Part shown: positions 10,419 through 19,672 of the stretch, in pieces
How the letters are laid out: the number at the start of each line of letters is the position of its first letter
How positions within the stretch are numbered: the stretch's first letter is position 1
IMG/VR virus record: IMGVR_UViG_2721755756_000002
Length of the DNA: 64,000 nucleotides
Direction: 5' to 3' (one strand)
From: a virus
Taxonomy: Duplodnaviria; Heunggongvirae; Uroviricota; Caudoviricetes
Made by a program: the position numbers and the translations under genes
Notes under the pieces: generated by a model
Databases searched by the model: none
Told to the model about the DNA's origin: nothing
What the model saw: the letters and a program-made list of their open reading frames with translations, nothing else

Positions 10419-10442
10419 ACAGCATAAAGCTGTTTTTATTTT
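10419..10442 (+). terminator. rho-independent terminator (acagc-ataaa-gctgt + T-run)
   Basis: hairpin followed by a T-run after ORF 9891-10415. Confidence 0.5.
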
Positions 10443-10552
10443 AGAAAAGAGGACGAGATAAATGGAAAAGAAATTTGAATTGACTAATATATCTATAGAA
10501 AAAAAACGGAAGAAAACTATACAGAATTAAAGCACTCAAATCGTTCCAAAAA

Positions 10553-10993
10553 GTGAAGGTGGGTGAGTTAGGAGGTTATGTAGAAAAAGAAGAAAATCTA
10601 TCTCATAAAGGTTCTGCGTGGATATCAGATGATGCATTAGTATATGATAATGTAATTATACGTGATAATGCACTTGTACGTGGCAATGCAATTGTGTGTG
10701 ATAATGCAATTGTGTGTGATAATGCATTAGTATATGATAATATGATAATACTTGGTAATGCATGGATAACAAATATAGGCGATGTGCTAACTGTATCTCA
10801 TATAGGTTCAAGGTATGATACGACAACATTTTTCAACACATTTGACTCAATTGAAGTTAAATGTGGATGTTTTAGGGGAGATATTAACGAATTTGAGAAA
10901 GCTGTAGAAGCCACACATAAAGGCTCTATTTATGAACAGCAATATAAACTAGCTATACAATTAGCAAAAATAAGTATTAAAAAAAGGAACTAA
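10553..10993 (+). CDS. hexapeptide-repeat (left-handed beta-helix-like) protein
   Basis: tandem six-residue repeats DNALVR/GNAIVC/DNAIVC/DNALVY/DNMIIL/GNAWIT; GTG start. Confidence 0.55.
   Translation: MKVGELGGYVEKEENLSHKGSAWISDDALVYDNVIIRDNALVRGNAIVCDNAIVCDNALVYDNMIILGNAWITNIGDVLTVSHIGSRYDTTTFFNTFDSIEVKCGCFRGDINEFEKAVEATHKGSIYEQQYKLAIQLAKISIKKRN
10655..10760 (+). repeat. tandem 18-bp DNA repeats (gataatgcaattgtgtgt x2 plus degenerate copies) encoding the hexapeptide repeats
   Basis: exact duplication visible in the sequence. Confidence 0.7.
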
Positions 10994-11009
10994 GAAAAGA
11001 GGATTATAT

Positions 11010-11465
11010 ATGGAACTTATAGATAGAAAGGTAGATGAAGAACTTAATCTAAAGCAAGTAACACGAAGTAATGCAAAAAAATACTTTAGTGATGGAGTTG
11101 TTATATACGCCAGATTTATGGATAACATATGGGCAGCTTACGTTAAGGATGTCGATATTGATTTCCCTGATATCGACTATTCGGTGCGGTGCTATGTACA
11201 AGAGGATGAGCAGCCTGTCATTATTTGCAAAGATAAAAAGATTCTGCAGAATCTTGCCAAACATAATATTGTTGGCACTGTTGTTGATTGTATAGATGCG
11301 GAATTGATGAAAAACAGAGTAGTTTACTATTATGGTGACAAGAATATTGGTATTAAAGAAGCTGGATCGTGTAAGGCCTTTTACGAGGTTTGCAGGTGTC
11401 TATCTGCTGATGACAAGATTAAGTTCAACAAATATGTGTGTAAAAGGGAAACGTTTTTCTTATAG
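11010..11465 (+). CDS. hypothetical protein
   Basis: 151-aa ORF. Confidence 0.45.
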   Translation: MELIDRKVDEELNLKQVTRSNAKKYFSDGVVIYARFMDNIWAAYVKDVDIDFPDIDYSVRCYVQEDEQPVIICKDKKILQNLAKHNIVGTVVDCIDAELMKNRVVYYYGDKNIGIKEAGSCKAFYEVCRCLSADDKIKFNKYVCKRETFFL

Positions 11466-11659
11466 GAATACTTGAAATTATATCTAAAATGAATGATAAT
11501 TTCTTGTATAGAATGGAGCTGATATTTTGAGGAAGATGCTTGAAAAGAGATATAATGTAAAAATTGAACAAACTAAGTATGGCTATATCCTTCATGTAGA
11601 TGATAGAAAAATATCATTTCATTATGTGCGTGATATAGTGAAATATTTAAATCAGAATT

Positions 11660-12295
11660 ATGCAGACAGGTGTAAATAACCTGTCTTTTATTATGGAGAA
11701 TATGGAGGAGAATATGTCAGATAAGTTTGAATTATTAGGTAAGATGAACCTTACTATTCGTGGGCTGAATGTCAATATCAGCAAATTACACAGAGAAATT
11801 GATAGTCTCTATGAAAAGCTTGATATCAATAGTGATGTGAAATATGCCATTAGAGACATTAAACAGATGGAACAGGAGCTCCATGAGAAAAAAGAATATT
11901 GTAAGAAGCTGTTAATTAAGATAGATGCTTGGGAACAGTGTCGATATATACTGTTTGAAAGGTCTTCATATAAAGCACCGAATCAAACCTATATGGAGGC
12001 TTTGGAAGCTTTAAAACGATATGACGAAAATTATGAAGCTGCCCTTCTTCAACATGGTGAAAATATTGTTAGTGAACCGGTGTACGAAAATCAAAAAGCA
12101 ATTGACCAATTAGAAAGTCTGATTGGATGTCAGTTTAGTAAAAAAGAACTTGGCTATATTAGACTTAAAACGCTAGGTTATGACAGTACACTCAAATATT
12201 GTATTGATATGTCAGCAGAAGAACAAGAAGATTTAACTAGCAGCATTGAGCAGAAGCTTTCTCAGCAGGAGGTACTGATTGGAGACGGACTGTAA
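11660..12295 (+). CDS. hypothetical coiled-coil protein
   Basis: 211 aa; heptad-rich sequence. Confidence 0.5.
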   Translation: MQTGVNNLSFIMENMEENMSDKFELLGKMNLTIRGLNVNISKLHREIDSLYEKLDINSDVKYAIRDIKQMEQELHEKKEYCKKLLIKIDAWEQCRYILFERSSYKAPNQTYMEALEALKRYDENYEAALLQHGENIVSEPVYENQKAIDQLESLIGCQFSKKELGYIRLKTLGYDSTLKYCIDMSAEEQEDLTSSIEQKLSQQEVLIGDGL

Positions 12296-12394
12296 AGGAA
12301 AGAGTATGGTATTTACATCGAAGGATTATTCTCATTTTAAGCGGCTTTGCTACTGATAAAATTGGATGCTTGATAGATATTGAAAGAGGGATAG

Positions 12395-13228
12395 GTGACG
12401 ATTATGGAATATAAAGTCAAGGTATTTTTGAATACAGAATTTGAAGTTGAAGCATCTTCAATGGAAGAAGCTGAAGCTGTTGCATGGCCGCAGGTCTATG
12501 AAAATGCTATTGAGCATGGTTTTGAAATAGAAGTTGAAGAAATGGACAAAGATTTGCGAGACAAGTTTAATTATTATTTTGAAATTGTTTATAATGCTTT
12601 GAAAAAGAAAAATTATATAGATTTTATAGAGATTATGAATAACCCTGACTTAAAATATGGATTGTATTATATCACACGATGTTACCATATTGGATACAGT
12701 TTTGCAGAATACGGATTATGCAATATGGTGATGCTGATGAATGGTTCTAATAGCAAATATTTGAATTACCATGACCTGCAAAAAATAGGGATAGACAGAA
12801 AAGAATATGAGCAATGCTTTTGTGAATTTAAGAAAGTTGGCATCCCTATAGTTACAGTATCAGTACAAGAAAAAAAGAACGAATTTGCAGGAGAATTTGG
12901 ATGGCTTTCTCCTACAGGTGTATTTACACCATCACCATTTGGAACTCATGAGCAAACAGCTAGTGAAATAACAGAGAAGAAGCACCTTGCAACTGATTTT
13001 CGCTTATGGATAAGAAAGCAAAAAAAAGAAGAACAAATTTTTATGAGTTTATATAGAGATTTTCTAATCCATGAAAAAGGATATTGTCTTATCCACAACC
13101 CATCATCCAATGGTGGATATATTGTTACAAATCATAAAAAACTAACAAAGGCTCAGAACGAATTTTTGTTTGGCTATTTTATGGATCTAGGGTATGCATT
13201 AAAAGCCGAGCGATTTATAGAAAAATAA
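12395..13228 (+). CDS. hypothetical protein (277 aa)
   Basis: long ORF. Confidence 0.5.
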   Translation: MTIMEYKVKVFLNTEFEVEASSMEEAEAVAWPQVYENAIEHGFEIEVEEMDKDLRDKFNYYFEIVYNALKKKNYIDFIEIMNNPDLKYGLYYITRCYHIGYSFAEYGLCNMVMLMNGSNSKYLNYHDLQKIGIDRKEYEQCFCEFKKVGIPIVTVSVQEKKNEFAGEFGWLSPTGVFTPSPFGTHEQTASEITEKKHLATDFRLWIRKQKKEEQIFMSLYRDFLIHEKGYCLIHNPSSNGGYIVTNHKKLTKAQNEFLFGYFMDLGYALKAERFIEK

Positions 13229-13246
13229 TAAAGGAGAGTAAAGAAA

Positions 13247-13714
13247 ATGAAACTAACTAAAGAAGAATGCCAAAAAGCATTGAGTGTTGTTGAAAATTTA
13301 AAAGGAATACCATGTCCTGTATGCAGGGAGAATGAAACAGACGATACAGTTCTGTTTGATGAAAGCCAAGAGTTTGTAAAAGATTGTGATGTACTCTGCG
13401 AGCTCATAAGAGAACATTTTGAACTTATAGAAACAGCAAAACAACTTCAAGATGAAGTTGATAAATACAAACACGAATATTTTGCGATGTGTGATTTGAT
13501 AGAAAACCCTGTGCCCTTAAATTTCGAAGAATTAAAAAAAGGTATGTGGGTGTGGGATGATAAGAAAAAATGGTATAGGAAAATAGTTATTCTTTTTGAA
13601 CCCTGCCAAGAACACCCTAAAGGTAGTTTTAAATCATATGCAGATTCATGTGAAACAAGTTTAGATTTTATAGAATTTAAAGAAAACCGTTTCTATCGCG
13701 GGGAGGTGCAATAA
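13247..13714 (+). CDS. hypothetical protein with CxxC pair
   Basis: contains CPVC. Confidence 0.5.
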   Translation: MKLTKEECQKALSVVENLKGIPCPVCRENETDDTVLFDESQEFVKDCDVLCELIREHFELIETAKQLQDEVDKYKHEYFAMCDLIENPVPLNFEELKKGMWVWDDKKKWYRKIVILFEPCQEHPKGSFKSYADSCETSLDFIEFKENRFYRGEVQ

Positions 13715-14095
13715 ATGATGTATACATGGACTTTTAATCCAAATAATCCGTGGCCAAATGATACGTTTGATACTATCGAAGAATGCTTGGGTGAAGCACG
13801 ATGTAACCCATACTATGAAGGTCAGATTATTTATATTGGTGAAGCAATACCCTACACATTTACTGTTGATGCAGAGTATATGTTGGATAGATTGTCAGAG
13901 CAGGCATTTTATGAGGTAGGAGAAGTAGCGGATGATTGGCCTTATGGTTATCGCAGTGAAGATTTAGATAAACTAGCAGAAAAATTAACTGAATGCGTTA
14001 CAGAATGGTTAAAAGAACACAATGATTTGCCAAGCTTTTACAAAGTTAGCAATGTTAGAGCGATAGGAATAGATAATAATGAAAAAATACAATAG
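13715..14095 (+). CDS. hypothetical protein
   Basis: 126-aa ORF. Confidence 0.5.
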   Translation: MMYTWTFNPNNPWPNDTFDTIEECLGEARCNPYYEGQIIYIGEAIPYTFTVDAEYMLDRLSEQAFYEVGEVADDWPYGYRSEDLDKLAEKLTECVTEWLKEHNDLPSFYKVSNVRAIGIDNNEKIQ

Positions 14096-14165
14096 TATAG
14101 ACGGCCGTATACATACAAACAGCAGGTTGTGGTTTGCTTTCCGGATGGCAGTGAGGAGTTAGTAT

Positions 14166-14555
14166 ATGAAAAAATATCAAGAAGCACTAAATAGAATATT
14201 AGATAATGACTACGATTTTCCACACGATTTTTATGGGGAAGATAAAGCTACTACGAAAGAACGTGATGCCGATATTTTGCAAGAGTTAATCGATAGAGAA
14301 AACAATAGCAAGACAGCAAGAGAGATGTTTAAAGAATTAGGGTATGAGTGTGATGATTCATACGATGATTGTATATATTTCACAAAATACTTCCAAGAAA
14401 CAAAAGTGAATTTTCAAATTTGTTTTGATTTAAAAATCAAACAATGTGAATTGAATGCAGATTGTGATTGTAAAGGATTAATTCTTAGTTTTGATGAAAA
14501 AGAACATAAAGCGATTCATCAACAAATGAAAGAACTGGGGTGGCTAGAACAATGA
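14166..14555 (+). CDS. member 1 of the 'KYQEAL' small-protein paralogue family
   Basis: N-terminus MKKYQEALNRIL and internal ILQELIDREN, shared with the three downstream ORFs. Confidence 0.5.
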   Translation: MKKYQEALNRILDNDYDFPHDFYGEDKATTKERDADILQELIDRENNSKTAREMFKELGYECDDSYDDCIYFTKYFQETKVNFQICFDLKIKQCELNADCDCKGLILSFDEKEHKAIHQQMKELGWLEQ

Positions 14556-14857
14556 ATAAATACCAAGAAGCGTTAAATAGTTTAATAAGAGTGTCTTGTG
14601 TCAAAAAAAATAGTTGTAATGAATGCGAAATACGTAAGGTTTGTAATTGTGAAGCTAGGTCATATATTGACACGCTACAAGAATTAGTGAATAGAGCAAC
14701 ACCTAAAAGACCAGCTACTAAAGGTGGATATACAGATTTTAAATGTCCTGTTTGTGGTAGACGTGTTAGAAGTGGCAAAGGTTCATCAAGTAGGCAAAAG
14801 GATAATGTGTGTCAAAGATGTTTTCAGGTTCTAGATTGGAGTGAAGAAAATGAATAA
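14540..14857 (+). CDS. member 2 of the 'KYQEAL' family; Cys-rich with zinc-ribbon-like motifs
   Basis: MNKYQEALNSLI...TLQELVNRATPKRP...CPVC...CQRC. Confidence 0.5.
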   Translation: MARTMNKYQEALNSLIRVSCVKKNSCNECEIRKVCNCEARSYIDTLQELVNRATPKRPATKGGYTDFKCPVCGRRVRSGKGSSSRQKDNVCQRCFQVLDWSEENE

Positions 14858-15136
14858 ATACCAAAAAGCTTTACTTGCTATAAAAAAATCGTCATCGATG
14901 AACGAGCTGATGGCTTTTATCATCCACGGACAGTTGCAGATTTTTACTGCGGTGAAGTCGATATTATGCAAGAATTAGTTAATAAGGCATCTCCTAAAAA
15001 GCCATATCGTGGTGAATTTGGTTATCGTTGTCCGATTTGTAAAACTTACGAGATTTACGATTATGAACATGATTATGAATCAATGTATTGCTCAAATTGT
15101 GGACAACGAATAGATTGGAGTGATGGAATTGAATAA
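14850..15136 (+). pseudogene. member 3 of the 'KYQEAL' family, interrupted by a -1 frameshift at an A7 run (14882-14888)
   Basis: MNKYQKALLAIKK in one frame; ...IMQELVNKASPKKP...CPIC...CSNCGQRIDWSDGIE in the -1 frame; the halves are homologous to members 1 and 2. Confidence 0.45.
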
Positions 15137-15515
15137 ATATCAAGTTGCATTCGATGCATTGTATGATGAAGATGAAATGTATAAATTGGCCAAAGGATTT
15201 TCTTTTGATGATGATTACACATCCGAATATGATTATGAAAAAGCCAAAGAATATTGCAAAAGTACGATGCAGGGATTGATAGATAAGTATGCTTGGATAC
15301 CGGTAGAAGAAAGACTGCCTGAAAAAGAAGGATATTATATAAGTGGTGATTATTTAGTTACACTAAAATATGACATTCTGAATATGAGCGTAGTTCAGTG
15401 CGCAAGAATTACACCAGATGAAAGATGGATGCGCATGACACCCAATGGTGAAATTGATGTAACCAATGAAGTTATTGCATGGATGTCATTACCGGAGGCA
15501 TATGGAGGTGAATAA
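15120..15515 (+). CDS. member 4 of the 'KYQEAL' family (divergent C-terminus)
   Basis: M(M)ELNKYQVAFDAL N-terminus. Confidence 0.45.
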   Translation: MMELNKYQVAFDALYDEDEMYKLAKGFSFDDDYTSEYDYEKAKEYCKSTMQGLIDKYAWIPVEERLPEKEGYYISGDYLVTLKYDILNMSVVQCARITPDERWMRMTPNGEIDVTNEVIAWMSLPEAYGGE

Positions 15516-15525
15516 AATGAATGAA

Positions 15526-15753
15526 TTAAAACAATGCCCATTTTGTGGAGGAGCAGCAGAAGTTTATGAATATGATAATGGCCATAAAGGAAATGGCATA
15601 TATACAGCTACATATAGAATAGGTTGTCCAAAATGTAAAGTGTATTTCACACATAATGTTGAGTTTAAATTAGAAAAAGGCCAGCCTGTGTTTATACAAA
15701 ACGGCTATGAAAAATGTGCTAATGCTTGGAACAGGAGAATTGGTAATGAGTGA
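15526..15753 (+). CDS. Lar-family restriction alleviation protein
   Basis: MNELKQCPFCGG...CPKCK...ANAWNRR matches the Lar (TIGR03655-like) signature CPFCG...AWNRR; GGAGGTG RBS 8 nt upstream. The track ORF 15466-15753 probably starts too early. Confidence 0.6.
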   Translation, partial: LKQCPFCGGAAEVYEYDNGHKGNGIYTATYRIGCPKCKVYFTHNVEFKLEKGQPVFIQNGYEKCANAWNRRIGNE

Positions 15754-16153
15754 AATTTTAAATAAAAGAGGTATTGACCTTAATGAAGGGCATCGGCTTC
15801 CAGATTTGCTAAATCAATGCAATCCTTGTGTAATGTGTTCATCAAATCCATTTCACTGCAAAGAAAGGAAAGATTGTAATGCAATTAGTAAATGGGTAGA
15901 GCTGGTGAACTATATAGAGATGTTAGATGCATCTGATACTTCTAAAGAAGAATGTACAATCATGCAATATGGAGAAATTAAGGAACTTGAGAATGAGGTG
16001 AAGAGTCTTCAGGCAGCTTTAAATAGAGCATGTGATAAATTGGAGTTCTTCAGTAGAATATGTAATGATTACGATGAAGATATCGCTTTGAGCGAAGACT
16101 GGAAAGAGTGGTGTATAGAAAGTGAAGGAGCTAAAAGAAAACACAAGCTTTAA
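15707..16153 (+). CDS. hypothetical Cys-rich protein
   Basis: ORF; true start may be the internal Met at about 15746. Confidence 0.4.
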   Translation: MKNVLMLGTGELVMSEILNKRGIDLNEGHRLPDLLNQCNPCVMCSSNPFHCKERKDCNAISKWVELVNYIEMLDASDTSKEECTIMQYGEIKELENEVKSLQAALNRACDKLEFFSRICNDYDEDIALSEDWKEWCIESEGAKRKHKL

Positions 16154-17114
16154 CGTCGGGGATACTACTATAAATACAATCGTAAATGCAAGTACGGCTA
16201 TAGCAGTACAATTTCAATTTGATGCGCCAACATTCTTGGAATGTTGGAATGAGGTGTACGCCAAAAAGATAATCAAAAAGTCAGAAGGTACGCAACGTAG
16301 TTATCAGTCAGCATTCAGAAGATTTTCTTATCTGTACGAAAGGAAGATCAATACAATCACTTTAAGAGATTTACAACCCATCTTTGATAATGCCATGGAA
16401 GCAGGAGCATCTAGGTCATTATTATGTAATATGAAATGTATTTTAAATTATATTTATGACTATGCCCTAAGGTATGATTATGCATTTAAACGTTATCCAG
16501 ACTATATCGAATGGGAAGCTACTACTCAAGATGTAATCAAACACGAACCATTTTCAAAGGAAGAAATTCAAAAAATATATGAAGCTGCAAGTCATTCAAG
16601 ATTTTGTGAGTTAATACTAATTTATATCTATACTGGTATGCGTCCAATTGAGCTTATCTGTATGACTTCAGAGGATATACACCTTGATGACGATTATATG
16701 GTAGGTGGTGCAAAAACACATGCAGGTAAGAATAGGATAATCCCTATACACCCGTTGATTAAACCGTACATCGTCCATTTGCTTGAAAGGGATAAAAGGT
16801 ATCTACTATATAATGATTGTAATAGACATACGGTAAATAATTATCGTATGAACATGTTTTATCCCGTAATGGACATTTTAGGTATGGATCATTACCCATA
16901 CGATACTCGACATACCTTTGCAACACTTTGTAATGAATATCATGTTGATGATTATGCAGTCAAGAAAATTATGGGGCATTCTTGCAATGATATCACTAAA
17001 GATGTGTATACACATGCATATCTTGATTATTTACAAAAACAAATCAGAAAGTTACCAAATCCTGATAAATTGAATAAGAAAAGTATGTGGAGGAAATTGT
17101 TTGAAGAGATATGA
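16122..17114 (+). CDS. tyrosine site-specific recombinase (phage integrase family), internal to the replication region
   Basis: SAM-like N-terminal domain; catalytic-region motifs TGMRPIEL (Arg), KTHAGKNRIIPI (Lys), DTRHTFATL (H/R), GHS...DVYTHAY (His, Tyr). Confidence 0.75.
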   Translation: MKELKENTSFNVGDTTINTIVNASTAIAVQFQFDAPTFLECWNEVYAKKIIKKSEGTQRSYQSAFRRFSYLYERKINTITLRDLQPIFDNAMEAGASRSLLCNMKCILNYIYDYALRYDYAFKRYPDYIEWEATTQDVIKHEPFSKEEIQKIYEAASHSRFCELILIYIYTGMRPIELICMTSEDIHLDDDYMVGGAKTHAGKNRIIPIHPLIKPYIVHLLERDKRYLLYNDCNRHTVNNYRMNMFYPVMDILGMDHYPYDTRHTFATLCNEYHVDDYAVKKIMGHSCNDITKDVYTHAYLDYLQKQIRKLPNPDKLNKKSMWRKLFEEI

Positions 17115-17227
17115 TACGATGACTTCAAAAAATGTAGCATGTTTTTTAGAGCGTTTCGGACTACGTCTCAGTAATTATGAGTAGTTTAATCGTTCAAGAG
17201 AACCAACAAAGATAGAAAGAGGTACTG

Positions 17228-17620
17228 ATGAAAAAAAGAAAATGTGGAAGATTTGAGTTTTACGATTATCAGGCAGAAATTAAAGATATCATCTATCTTG
17301 CGAAAGATGAATTTGAGTGTAATTTAAAAGATATAAAAAAATTAGACCAATTACAACAGGACTTGTTGCATAAGCTTGAAGAAGATATCAATACTATAAA
17401 TGTATTGCAAATAGCTTGGGATTTGAGAAGACTGAGACTTAAAAGAAGAGAGTGCAAGGCGAGAGATAAATTTTTATATCAGTTTATCAATGAGCTTAAT
17501 AACTCTTATAATAAAAAGACCTTAAATCGAATGCTTGATCCTAAAATCATGAATTACGAAGACCATGAGTATCGTCCAAGGCTAGGTGACAAACAAAAAG
17601 TAAATGAAATATTGTCATAA
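17228..17620 (+). CDS. hypothetical basic protein between the two recombinase-like genes
   Basis: 130 aa; K/R-rich. Confidence 0.45.
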   Translation: MKKRKCGRFEFYDYQAEIKDIIYLAKDEFECNLKDIKKLDQLQQDLLHKLEEDINTINVLQIAWDLRRLRLKRRECKARDKFLYQFINELNNSYNKKTLNRMLDPKIMNYEDHEYRPRLGDKQKVNEILS

Positions 17621-17651
17621 ATGGAAAAAAATGGAAATTATTCATAAATTG

Positions 17652-17680
17652 ATTGACACATACCCCAGAATTGTGTAAAA
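17652..17680 (+). promoter_or_regulatory. sigma70-like promoter TTGACA-17-TAAAAT carrying the conserved motif CCCAGAATTGTG.AAA.TGTAGACGAA
   Basis: consensus boxes with 17-bp spacer; the same ~30-nt motif recurs at 30690-30720. Confidence 0.5.
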
Positions 17681-17722
17681 TGTAGACGAATCAAAGAAAG
17701 AGTCTATGTAATAATGTAACAA

Positions 17723-18550
17723 ATGCTAGTGATACTAATATTGAAAGGAGGGAAATGTGTGGGTAAAAATGAAATAACTGATTTTGACAAGTATGTATCT
17801 GAAAGATATACAACTACCATTGCAAAAAGATTTGGTACAATTGCTAAGTTGTTTAATCAATACATGTGTGATAACGGGCTTAAAGCAGAAGCTGTTACAG
17901 AACAGGATATAAAGGACTTTATATCTAGCAAGGAAAAATTGAGAATGACCGAATACTTGATGTGCTCAGCTATAAAATGTTATGGAGAATATCTAGGGCT
18001 GAATAACATCATTGGTGTAGATGTCGATACGGGCAAAGATGTTAAGGTCTTAACTAGATCCGACATTGACAATATGCTGGATCGACATGATGTTACGTAT
18101 AGGCAAAAGTTATTGGTAAAACTATCTTATACGTATCTATTCAAAAAGTCAGATATTATCAATTTGAAGTTTTCTGATATTGACTTTGATATGAGGACGA
18201 TCCGACGTGGAGATTTGATTTTAGACATAGATGATGAGTTTGAAATCATGTACAAAGACTATTATAAAGATCTTATGGAAGATATAGCTAGGTGGCAGGA
18301 AACAAGAAGAAAGAAGTCCCGCCCTGAGCTAAAGTATTCAAATCATGTGTTTCGGACAGCCAATTCAATTAAATTGTCAATTTCAACAATAGAACAGGAT
18401 TTATTAAGGTTAGGTACAAACGTAAAAGTTTTACGAGACAGTGGAAAGGTAGACCTATTAAAAAACGGTCATACTGTTGCAGAAGTTTTGGAGCTTGCAG
18501 GTACAGACAACTATGATGCTGTAATTAAACTTTATAAACATGTCTTATAG
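17723..18550 (+). CDS. divergent tyrosine-recombinase-like protein (possibly catalytically altered)
   Basis: integrase-like N-terminal region; C-terminus VLRDSGKVDLLKNGHTVAEVLELAG...KLYKHV is similar to LRHTFAT...GH...YxH but lacks the HxxR His. Confidence 0.4.
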   Translation: MLVILILKGGKCVGKNEITDFDKYVSERYTTTIAKRFGTIAKLFNQYMCDNGLKAEAVTEQDIKDFISSKEKLRMTEYLMCSAIKCYGEYLGLNNIIGVDVDTGKDVKVLTRSDIDNMLDRHDVTYRQKLLVKLSYTYLFKKSDIINLKFSDIDFDMRTIRRGDLILDIDDEFEIMYKDYYKDLMEDIARWQETRRKKSRPELKYSNHVFRTANSIKLSISTIEQDLLRLGTNVKVLRDSGKVDLLKNGHTVAEVLELAGTDNYDAVIKLYKHVL

Positions 18551-18638
18551 TGTTAATATATTACATAAGAGCAGAAATGCTCTTTAAAAACCAATTTCCA
18601 GAATTACGGAATTTGTAGATGGATAAAAGGAGAAAAGG

Positions 18639-18872
18639 ATGAAGATTGGAAATTACATTGAAGCGGTAGTGTCTCCGGTGTTAGACACGATCGAGGTGAT
18701 GTTCTCGCAAGGAGACATACGTTACGAGCATGGAATAATGCTCGCTGAAGGAGTTTGTAACATCAAGAATTGCATTGAGGAGGGCGAAGATAGCCACGAT
18801 ATTGACTCTGCATATATGATGTTCAAAAAAGATATGAAGCAATTAAAAGAAAAGGAAGGTAAAAAATGCTAA
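18639..18872 (+). CDS. hypothetical protein
   Basis: 77-aa ORF with RBS. Confidence 0.4.
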   Translation: MKIGNYIEAVVSPVLDTIEVMFSQGDIRYEHGIMLAEGVCNIKNCIEEGEDSHDIDSAYMMFKKDMKQLKEKEGKKC

Positions 18873-19672
18873 AAACAGAAAACAGAATTGAAGTAGTAGG
18901 GACGGTAAGTAACTTTAAAATCATGAAAAATGATAAGACAGGAAAGAAGAGAGCCTTTATCACAATCAAGGATAGTAAGGCAAATAACTACACATCTGTA
19001 ACAATGTATGATCGTGAAAATTTGAAATATGGTGATCAGGAAGTAACACTTGGAGCATTGAAAAAGATTTTCTTAGATGCAAATGATAAGTCAAATAATG
19101 TTTTGGTTCATGCTATCGGATCTTGTAGTGAATCTTATGACGATGACAAAGGAAAATTGTACGAAAACAATAATGTTTTCTTCATAAATCCATGTGACGA
19201 TGTTGAAAATCAAAAATCGGTGTTCGCAATCAAGGGTTTTATTGAAACAATTAAAAAATTTAAAGAAACAGATGAAGCTGGCGATGAAAAAGAGTGTATT
19301 CGAGTTAAAATTGGAACATATGCATATAAATCTGGTACGGATCAGAATGAAGTAACAGGAGTAAACCATAAAACACTTATTGCAAGAGGAGAAGCTGCCG
19401 AGAAATTGGAAGACCTTGGAAAGGGTGCTTATGTTGTTGTTGGTGGTAGAATCTTCAATCAGTTACCTCCGAGAGACGAGTTTGGTTTACAGAGTGGCAA
19501 TGGGAAGAAAGAATACGCTATTGCTGTAGTAAAATCAGTAATAGATGCTGATGACGTAGATGAGGATGAAGCAAAGCTGTTTTCAAAAGCTAATAAACTG
19601 AAAATAGGAGACTCCATGTCGCTTGTAGTTAAAGATGAAGCTGCAGATGTAGATGAGGAGGCGTTTGACTAA
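18866..19672 (+). CDS. ssDNA-binding-like protein (OB-fold-like, acidic C-terminal tail)
   Basis: acidic tail DVDEDEAKLF...DEAADVDEEAFD typical of SSB partners; precedes an AAA_24 ATPase. Confidence 0.4.
   Translation: MLKTENRIEVVGTVSNFKIMKNDKTGKKRAFITIKDSKANNYTSVTMYDRENLKYGDQEVTLGALKKIFLDANDKSNNVLVHAIGSCSESYDDDKGKLYENNNVFFINPCDDVENQKSVFAIKGFIETIKKFKETDEAGDEKECIRVKIGTYAYKSGTDQNEVTGVNHKTLIARGEAAEKLEDLGKGAYVVVGGRIFNQLPPRDEFGLQSGNGKKEYAIAVVKSVIDADDVDEDEAKLFSKANKLKIGDSMSLVVKDEAADVDEEAFD

Noticed and set aside
13711-13717. Adjacent ORFs in the same frame separated only by TAA (13247-13714 / 13715-14095; also 38059/38725 and 57453/57996)
   Set aside because: Considered as readthrough candidates. 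They are TAA stops, each followed immediately by an ATG and RBS-like sequence, and the 1-in-3 frame coincidence is unremarkable. This differs from the TGA/3D case, which lacks any start.
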